DNA from: an uncultured delta proteobacterium
GTDB lineage: Bacteria; Myxococcota_A; Polyangia; Polyangiales; Polyangiaceae
Length of the DNA stretch: 64,000 bases
Direction of reading: 5' to 3'
Assembly: GCA_963841435.1 (NCBI GenBank)
Contig: CAWJCS010000005.1
Span: forward strand, 288,001-352,000
Shown here: one piece after another, positions 29,402 to 38,435 of the stretch
How positions within the stretch are numbered: the first letter of the stretch is position 1
Layout: every line of letters starts with the position of its first letter
Position numbers and translations under genes: made by a program
Notes under the pieces: model-generated
The model's input: only the letters and a program-made list of their open reading frames with translations
Told to the model about the DNA's origin: nothing
The model's database searches: none

Positions 29402-30997
29402 TTGACCGTCCGAGCCGGGCGAGAGCGTCCATGGAACGAGCCCCGGCTCGCGTCGAGCACCGTGGCGGGTACCGCCAGATTGAAGAACCGCTCGGTCGAT
29501 TCCAGACGATCCCCCGCACGGGGCCGGGCCCGTACGGCGCGAGGGCTTCGCCGCGCCGCCGCCTGCTCGGTCTTCGCCCTTTCGACGGTCCTGGCTGCTC
29601 CAGCAAAGGCGCACCGCACGGGCATCGTGGCCAACAACTGCAGTGGCTGCCACTCCAACGAAGGGGCATCCGTCGAGGTGAGCGCGAGCCCGCAGACGTT
29701 CGAGCCGGGCGACGACGTGACCTTCACGGTGACCGTGGCCCGTTCGCAGGGGACTGCGGCCGTCGGGGGCGTCTTCGTCGGACAGCCCGCCTCGGGTGAG
29801 CTTCGCACGATCGCCGGTGAGGGTCTGACGCTCGTTCCGGGCTCGGGCCTCACGCACTCGCAGCCGAAACCCGCGGTTTCCGGTGTCGTGACCTTTCGCT
29901 TCGGCTGGCGTGCTCCTGCCGAGCCCGGCGGTGTCACCCTCGCGGTCGCCGCGCTCGCTGCGAATGGCGATGGTCGATCGTCGGGCAACGTCGCCGGCGT
30001 GGCACGCTACCTCGCCGCGTTCGGCTGCACCGCCGAGCTTCTGTACGGCGACCTCGATCTCGACGGACACGGTACCGATCTGTTCGAGACGAGCATCGGT
30101 TGCGCGGGGGCACCGCCTCCCATGGGGTTTTCGCCGCTGAACGACGACTGCAACGACAACGACGCCGCCATCCACCCCTTGGCGGTCGAGAAGTGCAACA
30201 AGAAGGACGACGACTGCAACGGCGAGACGGACGAGAACGCGGAGCTCCTCGAGCTCTGGCCCGACGCCGATGGCGACGGCTACTATCGCGATCGGACGGG
30301 CACGCCGCTCGTCGGCTGCGTCGGCACGGTGGGGTACGCCGCAGAGCCGGGCGACTGCGCACCGGACGACCCGAACATCCATCCGGGCGCGACCGAAATC
30401 TGCAACATGCTGGACGACAACTGCGACGGCCGCATCGACGAGCGCGTGCGCCCGCAGTGCGGCATCGGCTTTTGCCTGCGTGAAAGCTACGACTGCGATC
30501 CGGCGCACTGCACGCCGGGCGCGCCAAGCCCGGAGAAGTGCAACTACCTCGACGACGACTGCAACGACAACGTCGACGACGGCGAGACCTGCGCCGCCGG
30601 AAGCGCGTGCCTCGCGGGCAGGTGCATCGAAAGCGAGGGCGTCGGCGCTGCGGGCGGGGGCGGCGCGCCACCCGGCGGCGGTGGCTCGGGGCTCGGAGCC
30701 GACAGCTCGGGTGGCGTGGCGGGCGGCGACGCTGGCGCTCGGGGCGGCAGCTCATCCACCGCAGGCGCGGCGGCGGGCGGCGGGACGGGCGTCGGCGGCT
30801 CGTCGCCGGGCGCCGCGAGCACCGAGGGCACGGCGAGCGGCGGCGCGCGAGCGACGCCGGTTAAGCCGAGCACGAACGCTCCGTCCGGATGCAGCGTGGG
30901 CCATGGCCGAGCCTCTCGGCGCTTCGGCCTGGTCGCCCTGCTCGCGCTCATGGCTGTGTTCGGAACGCTCAGCGCGGGCCGTCGTCGCCGCCGATGA
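29402..30997 (+). CDS. Secreted reeler-like domain plus MopE-type metal-binding repeats with MYXO-CTERM-like tail (start uncertain)
   Basis: CSGCH...HSQPK...F.W.AP...AANGDG; DC.D....IHP.A.E.CN..DDDC.G repeats; SGCS-TM-RRRRR. Confidence 0.8.
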   Translation: MTVRAGRERPWNEPRLASSTVAGTARLKNRSVDSRRSPARGRARTARGLRRAAACSVFALSTVLAAPAKAHRTGIVANNCSGCHSNEGASVEVSASPQTFEPGDDVTFTVTVARSQGTAAVGGVFVGQPASGELRTIAGEGLTLVPGSGLTHSQPKPAVSGVVTFRFGWRAPAEPGGVTLAVAALAANGDGRSSGNVAGVARYLAAFGCTAELLYGDLDLDGHGTDLFETSIGCAGAPPPMGFSPLNDDCNDNDAAIHPLAVEKCNKKDDDCNGETDENAELLELWPDADGDGYYRDRTGTPLVGCVGTVGYAAEPGDCAPDDPNIHPGATEICNMLDDNCDGRIDERVRPQCGIGFCLRESYDCDPAHCTPGAPSPEKCNYLDDDCNDNVDDGETCAAGSACLAGRCIESEGVGAAGGGGAPPGGGGSGLGADSSGGVAGGDAGARGGSSSTAGAAAGGGTGVGGSSPGAASTEGTASGGARATPVKPSTNAPSGCSVGHGRASRRFGLVALLALMAVFGTLSAGRRRRR

Positions 30998-32114
30998 AGC
31001 CCTTCTTGCGAAAGTAGACGACCATGCCGACCGCCGTGGCCAGCATCATGAGCAGCACGAGCGGGTAGCCGAGTGGACGACGCAGCTCCGGCATGTCGTC
31101 GAAGTTCATGCCGTAGATGCCGGCGATGAACGTCAGCGGAATGAAGATGCTCGCCATGATCGTGAGCACTTTCATGACCTCGTTGGTCCGCATGCCGACG
31201 AGCGAAAGGTACGTGTTGAGGAGGCCGTTCGCGAGGTCGCGGTGGGACTCCACGACGTCGGCGAGCTGCGCGCAGTGATCGTAGGTGTCCCTGAGATAGA
31301 GCTGCACTTCGGGCGTGAAGCCCGAGGCGTCGCCCCGTTGCAGCCGCGAGAGCGCCTCGCGCTGCGGCAAAATCGCGCGGCTCGTGCCGGCGAGCGACGC
31401 GCGGATGCGGTTCAAGCGGTCGAGGTCGGTCCGCTGCGTGCGCTGCATCATGCGTGTCTCGAGCTCGGCCAGCTCCTCGCCGAGCCGCTCGATGATGGGA
31501 AAGTAGCCGTCGACGATGGTGTCGAGGATCACGTAGGCGAGGTAGTCGGCCCCCTGCGTCCGGATCGGTCCGATCCCGTCGCGGATGCGACGCCTCACGG
31601 GATCGAGCACGTCACCGTATCGCTCCTGGAACGAGAGCACGTAACCCTGATCGAAGAGCAGGCTCACCTGCTCGAGCTCGAGTGCCAGGTCGGCTCGGAG
31701 CTTTAGCATGCGGGTGATGAGCAGGTGCTGGTCGCCGTAAGCTTCGACTTTCGGCCGCTGGGGAATGTTCGCGACGTCCTCCAGGGCGAGCGGGTGGATC
31801 CGGAACGCGGCCGCCATCCCGCGGAGCAGCGGCTCGTCACCCAGTCCCTGCACGTCGATCCAGGTGACGCTCCCTTCACGCACGAGGGCGCGAGCATCCT
31901 CCGACGAGAACACCTCACAGTCCTTCACGCCATCGCGATCGTAGCGATAGGCGTGCATCCTCGGCGGCACGGCGTCGCTCCCGAGCACCAGCGTGCCCGG
32001 GCGCGACCCGACCGGCGGGTGGCGCTTCTTGAAGACGGGGATCAGACCCCGATGATAGCGGATTGCGGCGCGACGTCTCGCCTGCCTCTCTGCGCGGTCG
32101 CGGACATTGCTCAT
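30969..32114 (-). CDS. corA: Magnesium/cobalt transporter CorA
   Basis: WIDVQGL, HPLALED...QRPKVE, NEVMKVLT, GIYGMNF, MPEL. Confidence 0.95.
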   Translation of the reverse strand: MSNVRDRAERQARRRAAIRYHRGLIPVFKKRHPPVGSRPGTLVLGSDAVPPRMHAYRYDRDGVKDCEVFSSEDARALVREGSVTWIDVQGLGDEPLLRGMAAAFRIHPLALEDVANIPQRPKVEAYGDQHLLITRMLKLRADLALELEQVSLLFDQGYVLSFQERYGDVLDPVRRRIRDGIGPIRTQGADYLAYVILDTIVDGYFPIIERLGEELAELETRMMQRTQRTDLDRLNRIRASLAGTSRAILPQREALSRLQRGDASGFTPEVQLYLRDTYDHCAQLADVVESHRDLANGLLNTYLSLVGMRTNEVMKVLTIMASIFIPLTFIAGIYGMNFDDMPELRRPLGYPLVLLMMLATAVGMVVYFRKKGFIGGDDGPR

Positions 32115-32175
32115 GATCCGCCGCGACGAAGCGCCCGGCGGCGCGGCGACCTGACCCGAGCTAAGCTCGGCGCGC

Positions 32176-33096
32176 ATGGAGATCGAAGGGCGACGCCGTT
32201 CCAGCAATTTCGAGGATCGCGGCCGTGGCAGTGGGGGCGGCGGAGGCGGCGGGCTTCCCATCGGAGCGCTCCTCTCGGTGGCCCGGCTGCTCGGTCCGAA
32301 GGGGATGCTCATCGCCGGTGTCGTCGCGGCGGGTGGCTACTTCCTACTGCCGTCGAGCCTCCGGCAGCAGCTGTTCGGTGCGGTTTCGGGTACAGAAGGC
32401 TCGGGTCAGGGCGCACAGGGCGCCGGCAGCGTGTGCCAGGCGTCACCTGCGAACGGCAAGGCGTGCGATTTTTCTCGCGTCGTGCTCGCTTCGACCGAGG
32501 ACGTCTGGACCGCCAAGTTCGCGAGCGGCGAGCTGCCGAGGTACGGCGCAGCGCCGGGCGCCTACGCTCCACCGACGCTCGCCGTGTTTTCCAACGCCGT
32601 CTCGACTGGCGGCTGCGGCAGCGCGACCTCCGACGTGGGGCCGTTTTACTGCCCGGGCGACAAGAAGCTCTACATCGATCCGAGCTTTTACGGCGTGATG
32701 GAACAGAAGCTCCGCGCGCCGGGCGACTTCGCCCAGGCCTACGTCATCGCGCACGAGGTCGGGCATCACGTGCAGAACCTGATCGGCTCGAGCAGGCTGC
32801 CCGTGAGGGGCGAAACCAAGAACCAGGTCTCCGTGCGCGTCGAGCTCCAGGCAGATTGCTTCGCCGGAGTCTGGGGCCACAGCGCGCGCGCCTCGCTCGC
32901 CATCACCGACGACGATCTCGCCGAAGCCCTGACGGCCGCTCACGCCATCGGCGACGACACGCTCGGTCATTCGAACGCCGACGACTACACGCACGGCACG
33001 AGCGCCCAGCGCATGAAATGGTTCCGCCGCGGCTTCTCGGAGGGCGACGCTCGCCAGTGCGACACGTTCGCCGTTACCAAGCACGCCGAGCTCTGA
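32176..33096 (+). CDS. ypfJ: Neutral zinc metallopeptidase (YpfJ family)
   Basis: RRSSNFEDR, GPFYCPGD, AHEVGHHVQ, ELQADC.AG.W, THGTS.QR..WF. Confidence 0.92.
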   Translation: MEIEGRRRSSNFEDRGRGSGGGGGGGLPIGALLSVARLLGPKGMLIAGVVAAGGYFLLPSSLRQQLFGAVSGTEGSGQGAQGAGSVCQASPANGKACDFSRVVLASTEDVWTAKFASGELPRYGAAPGAYAPPTLAVFSNAVSTGGCGSATSDVGPFYCPGDKKLYIDPSFYGVMEQKLRAPGDFAQAYVIAHEVGHHVQNLIGSSRLPVRGETKNQVSVRVELQADCFAGVWGHSARASLAITDDDLAEALTAAHAIGDDTLGHSNADDYTHGTSAQRMKWFRRGFSEGDARQCDTFAVTKHAEL

Positions 33097-33357
33097 TCGC
33101 GAGCGGCACCGCCGAGCGGCGCACCGGCCGCCCACGGCAGAGGTGCGATGGAGTCCTACACGGTCGCGGTAATGAGCTCCGAAGACGCCTCGTTCGGACG
33201 AGACACCTCGTGTTAGGATGAGGGCTTCTGGAATGTCGAAGTGGCGACCTCCTTCGACTGCGAGGCAGCCACTGCCTTGCCGACACTCCCGGGACTATCC
33301 GGGTCGTTTTGGACATGGGCGATCCCGAAGCGATTGGCCATTTTGGAGGATGAGGAA

Positions 33358-33786
33358 ATGACGAGCGAAGAAGCTGTCTGCGCGGCAGCGAAACGTTTCT
33401 ACGAGGGTATCGAGCAGATGGTGAGCGGCGGGGGCATCGGCCTCGTCGAGGAGTGCTGGGACCACTCCGATCGCGTCACCGGTGGCCATCCGAGCGGTGA
33501 ATGGTCACAGGGCTGGGACGAGGTGCGTGCCACCTGGGAAGTGTTCTCGGGGTTCGGCCGGCACGATCGGGGCGGAAGCCAGGTGAAGGGGATGCGGGCC
33601 CACGTTTACGGTGACATGGCCTACACCACCTGCCTGTTCGTGGCGTCGCCCGGGTTTGGCGGCGAGACCCTGGCGTGCACGAACGTGCTCGTGAAAAAGG
33701 ACGGTGCCTGGAAGGTCGTCCACCATCACGCCGACAAGTCGCCGGCCATGGGCGCAGCGCTGGAAAAGATCGCACACGGCGGTTGA
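33358..33786 (+). CDS. SnoaL-like/NTF2 family protein
   Basis: FY......W....HP.G....GW..VR..W...GDMAY...TNV....G.WK.VHHH. Confidence 0.85.
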   Translation: MTSEEAVCAAAKRFYEGIEQMVSGGGIGLVEECWDHSDRVTGGHPSGEWSQGWDEVRATWEVFSGFGRHDRGGSQVKGMRAHVYGDMAYTTCLFVASPGFGGETLACTNVLVKKDGAWKVVHHHADKSPAMGAALEKIAHGG

Positions 33787-33840
33787 TCCGGAGCGGCGCG
33801 ACGCGGGTCGCGTCTTTCGAATGTCACTTGCGCCCTTTGC

Positions 33841-33856
33841 TTCGAGAATATTAGAA
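33841..33856. promoter_or_regulatory. Candidate ArsR operator
   Basis: AT-rich imperfect palindrome TTCGAGAATATTAGAA, 7 bp before the arsR start. Confidence 0.45.
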
Positions 33857-33863
33857 CAAGACC

Positions 33864-34178
33864 GTGGCCTCGAAGCTCGAGCGGTGTGCCGAGAAGCTGG
33901 CAGCGCTCGGGCACCCCGTTCGCCTCGCCATCCTCAGCTACGTCGTCCAGGCAGGCCGTGGCGGCAGCCCCGCAGGGGACATTCAGACGCACGTGGATTT
34001 GCCGGCCTCGACTCTGAGCCAACACCTCAAACGGCTGGTCGAGGCCGGCGTGCTCGTGAGCCGACCCGAGGGCACGTTTCGTTACTACAGCGCGGACTAC
34101 CGGGACCTGCGAGCGCTGACCGACTACGTCTGGGAAGACTGCTGCCAACGTGGGCAGGACAAAGAGGCCTGTTGCTGA
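33864..34178 (+). CDS. arsR: ArsR/SmtB family repressor with C-terminal cysteines
   Basis: LAALGHPVRLAI...AG.I...ASTLSQHLK.L..AG; EDCC...ACC. Confidence 0.92.
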   Translation: MASKLERCAEKLAALGHPVRLAILSYVVQAGRGGSPAGDIQTHVDLPASTLSQHLKRLVEAGVLVSRPEGTFRYYSADYRDLRALTDYVWEDCCQRGQDKEACC

Positions 34179-34850
34179 CGAAGCCGTCGCTCGCGCGCCG
34201 GTATGTCGCCGAAGGGCTGGGCACGGCGTTCCTGCTGGCTGCGGTGATCGGCTCCGGCGTGATGGGAGAGCGACTCTCGGGCGGGAGCGTCGGGCTCGCG
34301 CTGCTCGCGAACACGCTCGCCACGGGCGCAGCGCTCGTCACCCTCATCCTCACCTTCGGGCCCGTATCGGGCGCCCACTTCAATCCCGGCGGTCACGCTG
34401 GCGGAGGCGACGCAGGGTGGCATCGCTTGGCGTGACGTGCCGGGCTACCTGCTTTCGCAGGTGCTGGGAGCTCTTGCGGGGACCGCAGCGGCGCACGTGA
34501 TGTTCGGTGAGCCGCTGTTCTCGGCCTCGACGCACGTGAGGTCGGGGCCGGCGCAGCTCTTCAGTGAGCTCGTGGCGACCTTCGGGTTGCTGTCCGTGAT
34601 CTGGGGTTGTGCGCGGAGCCGGCCGTCGGCGGTGCCGTTCGCCGTCGGCGCGTACATCACTGCAGCGTATTGGTTTACCTCGTCAACGTCGTTCGCGAAC
34701 CCCGCGGTGACGCTCGCCCGTGCTCTGAGCAACACCTTCGCGGGTATTCGTCCGGTCAACGCGCCCGCCTTCATCGCCGCGCAGCTCGTTGGGGCCGGAG
34801 CTGCCACGGCGCTGTTCCGCTGGCTCGTGCCCGCTCCGCCGGAAGCATGA
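34172..34850 (+). CDS. MIP family aquaglyceroporin (arsenite channel, AqpS-like); +1 frameshift inside the first NPA
   Basis: AEGLGT, SGAHFNP[AVT restored by deleting one base at 34385-34389], TSSTSFANPAVT. Confidence 0.88.
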
Positions 34851-35264
34851 AAGCCAACCCGCCGACGGTGCTCTTCGCCTGCGTGCACAACGCGGGGCGC
34901 TCGCAGATGGCGGCCGCCTGGTTCAACCGGCTGGTCGATCCGGACAGGGCCACGGCCGTGTCCGCCGGTACCGAGCCCGGAACGCGCGTCCACCCCGAGG
35001 TCCTCGCCGCCATGCGCGAGGTCGGCATCGAATCTCGCGGCAGCCACGCCGCGCTTCTTGTCGGACGAGCTCGCGCGGTCCGCATCGCTGCTCGTGACCA
35101 TGGGTTGCGGCGAGGCCTGCCCCTTCGTTCCCGGGCTGGAGCGGGACGACTGGCCTCTCGAGGATCCGAAGGGCAAGCCCGTCGAACGGGTTCGGGAGAT
35201 CAGGGACGAGATCCGGGACCGGGTCGCCGCGCTGCTCCGCGAGCGCGGCTGGCAGCGCCGCTGA
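34847..35264 (+). CDS. arsC: Arsenate reductase (LMW-PTP type); +1 frameshift at about 35031
   Basis: CVHNAGRSQM P-loop, SAGT, TMGCGEACP, DW.LEDP; ATGA overlap with the channel gene. Confidence 0.9.
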
Positions 35265-35516
35265 CCCGACATTCCCCCGACGGCTCAGGTCGGGCCGCCC
35301 AGCGGGCACTCACTTTCGAGCCTCATGCGACTACCCGCCAGACTCCGTGGTGGAGGCGCTGCGTCCCCCGCGTTTCGCAGGGCTGAAGTCCATGGAGTTG
35401 CTGGGAAATGCCCGCCCTCGCGCCCGACCACCCATTGCGCGACCCGCCGACGACCTGCATCGTTGAACCGAGCTTACGAACGTGCCCGCGCCGCGGGCGC
35501 CCGTGGGCGACTCGCC

Positions 35517-36522
35517 ATGAAGGGTCCGCGAAACGCCCCCGCTCTGCTCTCGTCGGGGCTGCTCCTGCTCGCCCCCGCGGTGCGAGCGGCACCGACGATG
35601 TGCGCGGACACCCTCGAGGTCGACGCGCCGCCCGGGGCGGCTGCGGCGCTCCGCCAGGAGGTCGCCCGCGGGCGCCTTGCCTCGATTCCGAGCGTGGAGT
35701 GCCAGGACTCCGTCGCGGCGCTTTCCCCACGCGGTGGCGGTTGGAGGCTCACCCTCGACCGCGGTGGTCAGCAACTCAGCCGAGACGTCGACTCCATTCC
35801 ACTCGCTGCCGTGTGGCTCGAGAGCTGGCTCGACCCCGGCTTCGAGGCCGCCCGGCCCGCCCCGGAGCCGGCCCCGGCACTGCCTCCACCCGAAAAGGAT
35901 CGGGGAGCGCTCCCCACGACGACGTCCGTCAGGAAGCCCGGAGGGCCCGGTCTGGTCGTCCTCGCCGGCGGCGCCACGTCACTTGCGACGAACCGCGCCT
36001 CCTTCACGGGGCCCGAGCTCGTGGTGGGTCTGCGGCCAGCGCGCGCGCTGTTCTTGGGGCCGGAGCTCGGCGCTTCGTTCCGGCTGCCGGCGGCCCAAGG
36101 AGCCGGTGAGCGGCTGGTGCGTGGCGGCCTCGCGGTCGGCGTCATGGCGCCCCTGCCGGCAAAGCTGGCTCTGGTGGGCACCGTGGCGGGCGGCGTGGCC
36201 TCGTTCAGCGCGCCCGACACGGCGAAGGGAGTCTCGAGCACCGGCGGGTACGCTGGCTTCCGCGCCGCGCTCGCGCGAGAGATCGCCCGTCCGCTCTGGG
36301 TTTTTGCGGGGGTAGGCGGGACCTGGGTTGAACGCGCCGGCGGTGCGATCGGGTCCCGCAGCGAGCCCGGCGATGCCCGTGACGGCGGCCGACGGCGAGG
36401 TCGAGATGGACGGCGAGGACGGTACGACCGTTCCCGTCACCGCGCCCGAGACGACGGCCACCTTCCCTCGTCTTTCGGGAAGACTCGAGCTCGGTCTCGC
36501 ACTTTCGTTCGGGGGACCATGA
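35517..36522 (+). CDS. Secreted or outer-membrane hypothetical protein; +1 frameshift at about 36326
   Basis: Signal peptide and amphipathic strands. Repaired end ...RLSGRLELGLALSFGGP* overlaps the sigma start (ATGA). Confidence 0.65.
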
Positions 36523-37109
36523 CCGCTCGCGTCGTGGCGCTACGGGCCCCGACCCGACAGGAGTCGAGCCTGAGCGACGAGGCGGTCGCGCTCGCGTGCG
36601 GCAGCGGGGATCCCGAAGCGATTGCCGAGCTCTACGATCGGTTCGAGCGCTCCGTCACTCGCTACGTCTCGAGGCATCTGCGCGACCTATCGGACTGCGA
36701 GGACGTCGTGCAAGCGACGTTCGTCGAGATCGCGCGCGGGCGGGCACGTTTCCAGCAGCATTCGAGCGCGAAGACGTGGGTCTTCGGGATCGCCACCAAC
36801 GTCATCCGCCACCACCTGCGGTCGGCCTCGCGGCGCCGCAAGCTCTCGCTCGCCTTCGGTTTTGCGCGCTCGGGTAGCACGGCGCCGCCGCAGAGCGCCG
36901 CCGTCGAGGCTCGCGCCGAGCTCGCGCGCGTCGAGCGGGCGCTTGCGGCGCTGCCCGAGGCGAGACGCCTGGCGTTCGTGCTGTGCGAGGTCGAGGGGCT
37001 CAGCGCTCGCGAGGCGGCCGAGGTGCTCGGCACCAGCGAGACCGCCGTCTGGCGCCGCGTCTGCGACGCTCGCCGAGCGCTATCGCTTGCAATCGCGGAG
37101 GACGCCTGA
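36519..37109 (+). CDS. ECF RNA polymerase sigma factor
   Basis: EDVVQATF...TWVFGIA.N (region 2); LP...R.AFVL.EVEGLS..EAAEVLG (region 4). Confidence 0.92.
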   Translation: MTARVVALRAPTRQESSLSDEAVALACGSGDPEAIAELYDRFERSVTRYVSRHLRDLSDCEDVVQATFVEIARGRARFQQHSSAKTWVFGIATNVIRHHLRSASRRRKLSLAFGFARSGSTAPPQSAAVEARAELARVERALAALPEARRLAFVLCEVEGLSAREAAEVLGTSETAVWRRVCDARRALSLAIAEDA

Positions 37110-38293
37110 TGGCCCGCTGCGCCGAGCTGCCGCGCATCGAGGCGTGGGCCAAGGCCGGCGCCGCCGCGGGCGCCCCGCCCCGCGAGCTTTCGGAGCACGC
37201 CGAAGGCTGCGCCGCCTGCGGACCGCTCTTGTCCGAGGTGCTCGCCGTGCGCGGTGCCGTCCGGGGCCTCGAGGCTCACACGATGAACGAAGAGCGTCGC
37301 GACGCCATTCGGTTCAGCGTCACTGCCGAGGCCAGGCGAGCTTCACAGGGACGCGCGGCCCGTCCGCTCACCGGGCTCTTTCGCCGTGTCGCCTGGGGTA
37401 TCGGCCTCGCCGCCTCCCTGGCGCTCGCCCTCTACGCCTTCCAAGCGCGACGCGAAGCAACGAGCGGGACACCCACGCGCGGGCGCTCGCTCGCGGCGAT
37501 CTCCCTTTTGCCGGGGGCCCTCGGTCACCACGAGCGCAGCGCTCCGGACGAGATTTATCGGCTCGAGCAGGGCGAGGCCACATTCCGAGTCACGAAGCTC
37601 GAGAAGGACCAGCGCTTTCGGGTTCTCGCCGGTGACGGGAGCATCGAGGTTCGAGGGACGCGCTTCCGCGTGCACGTCGAGCAAGGTCACCTCGAGCGCG
37701 TCGACGTCGACGAGGGTGAGGTTCTCGTCTGGCTCGGGAATCGCCCGGTCGCGGATCTTCTTCCAGGCGACGGCTGGGTCCGTCCCGCCGCCCCGCCCGC
37801 GGCGGCTTCGGCGAGCGGCGCCGAACCCGAGGGACCGGCCCCCGTACCGACCGTCGACGACCGCGTGACGCCACCGAGCACGCGAGCGACCACGACAGCG
37901 AGTGCTCCGGAAAGGCCAGCAGACGCCGCGTTCGCCCACGCCTGGAAGCTCCTCGGCTCCGGGCAACCAGCCGAGGCCGCCGCGGAGCTCGATGCGCTCG
38001 CGCTCTCCCCCGGTCTCGATCGCGCGCGCCTGGCCGATGTCCTTTATTGGACGAGCCAGGCGTACGCTCGATCGGGCAATCGTGCGGCGGCAGAGTCTCG
38101 GGCGCGCCGGCTGCTGCGCGATTTTCCGAGCTCGGTCCGGGCCCCCGACGCGGCACTGATCGTGGGGCAGACGGCGCGTGCGCGCGGTGACCGTGCGGAG
38201 GCAAAGTTCTGGCTCGACCGCGCCGTGACCTCGGTCCATCCGGCGGTCCGGTCGCGCGCTCTCGCAGAGCTTTCGGCGCTCGGCCCGCCCTGA
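37109..38293 (+). CDS. Anti-sigma factor: zinc-finger-like N-terminus, TM helix, FecR domain, TPR
   Basis: HAEGCAAC, TM helix, L.QG.A.F.V...IEVRGTRF.V...V.V.EGEV, C-terminal TPR; TGATG coupling to the sigma gene. Confidence 0.85.
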   Translation: MARCAELPRIEAWAKAGAAAGAPPRELSEHAEGCAACGPLLSEVLAVRGAVRGLEAHTMNEERRDAIRFSVTAEARRASQGRAARPLTGLFRRVAWGIGLAASLALALYAFQARREATSGTPTRGRSLAAISLLPGALGHHERSAPDEIYRLEQGEATFRVTKLEKDQRFRVLAGDGSIEVRGTRFRVHVEQGHLERVDVDEGEVLVWLGNRPVADLLPGDGWVRPAAPPAAASASGAEPEGPAPVPTVDDRVTPPSTRATTTASAPERPADAAFAHAWKLLGSGQPAEAAAELDALALSPGLDRARLADVLYWTSQAYARSGNRAAAESRARRLLRDFPSSVRAPDAALIVGQTARARGDRAEAKFWLDRAVTSVHPAVRSRALAELSALGPP

Positions 38294-38331
38294 GGCAACA
38301 CGGCGCGGCCGACCAAGACCTCGACCTGCCA

Positions 38332-38343
38332 GCGAAATTTCGC
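38332..38343. promoter_or_regulatory. Perfect 12-bp palindrome upstream of the transglutaminase operon
   Basis: GCGAAATTTCGC, AT-cored, 92 bp before the ATG at 38436. Confidence 0.4.
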
Positions 38344-38435
38344 GATGAGCGGCGTTCCCCTCAGGATCTCGGGGGGCGGGGCACCCACGAGAGAGCTGCT
38401 CCGGGTGACGAGCCCGGGTGTGGCCACCTCCCGTC

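Noticed and set aside
29636-29655. CSGCH as evidence of a cytochrome c
   Set aside because: A single motif at the start of a reeler-like domain; heme binding cannot be supported from the sequence.
35325-37109. 594-aa ORF that looks like a secreted protein fused to a sigma factor
   Set aside because: Result of the +1 shift at about 36326; repair gives two genes with an ATGA overlap.
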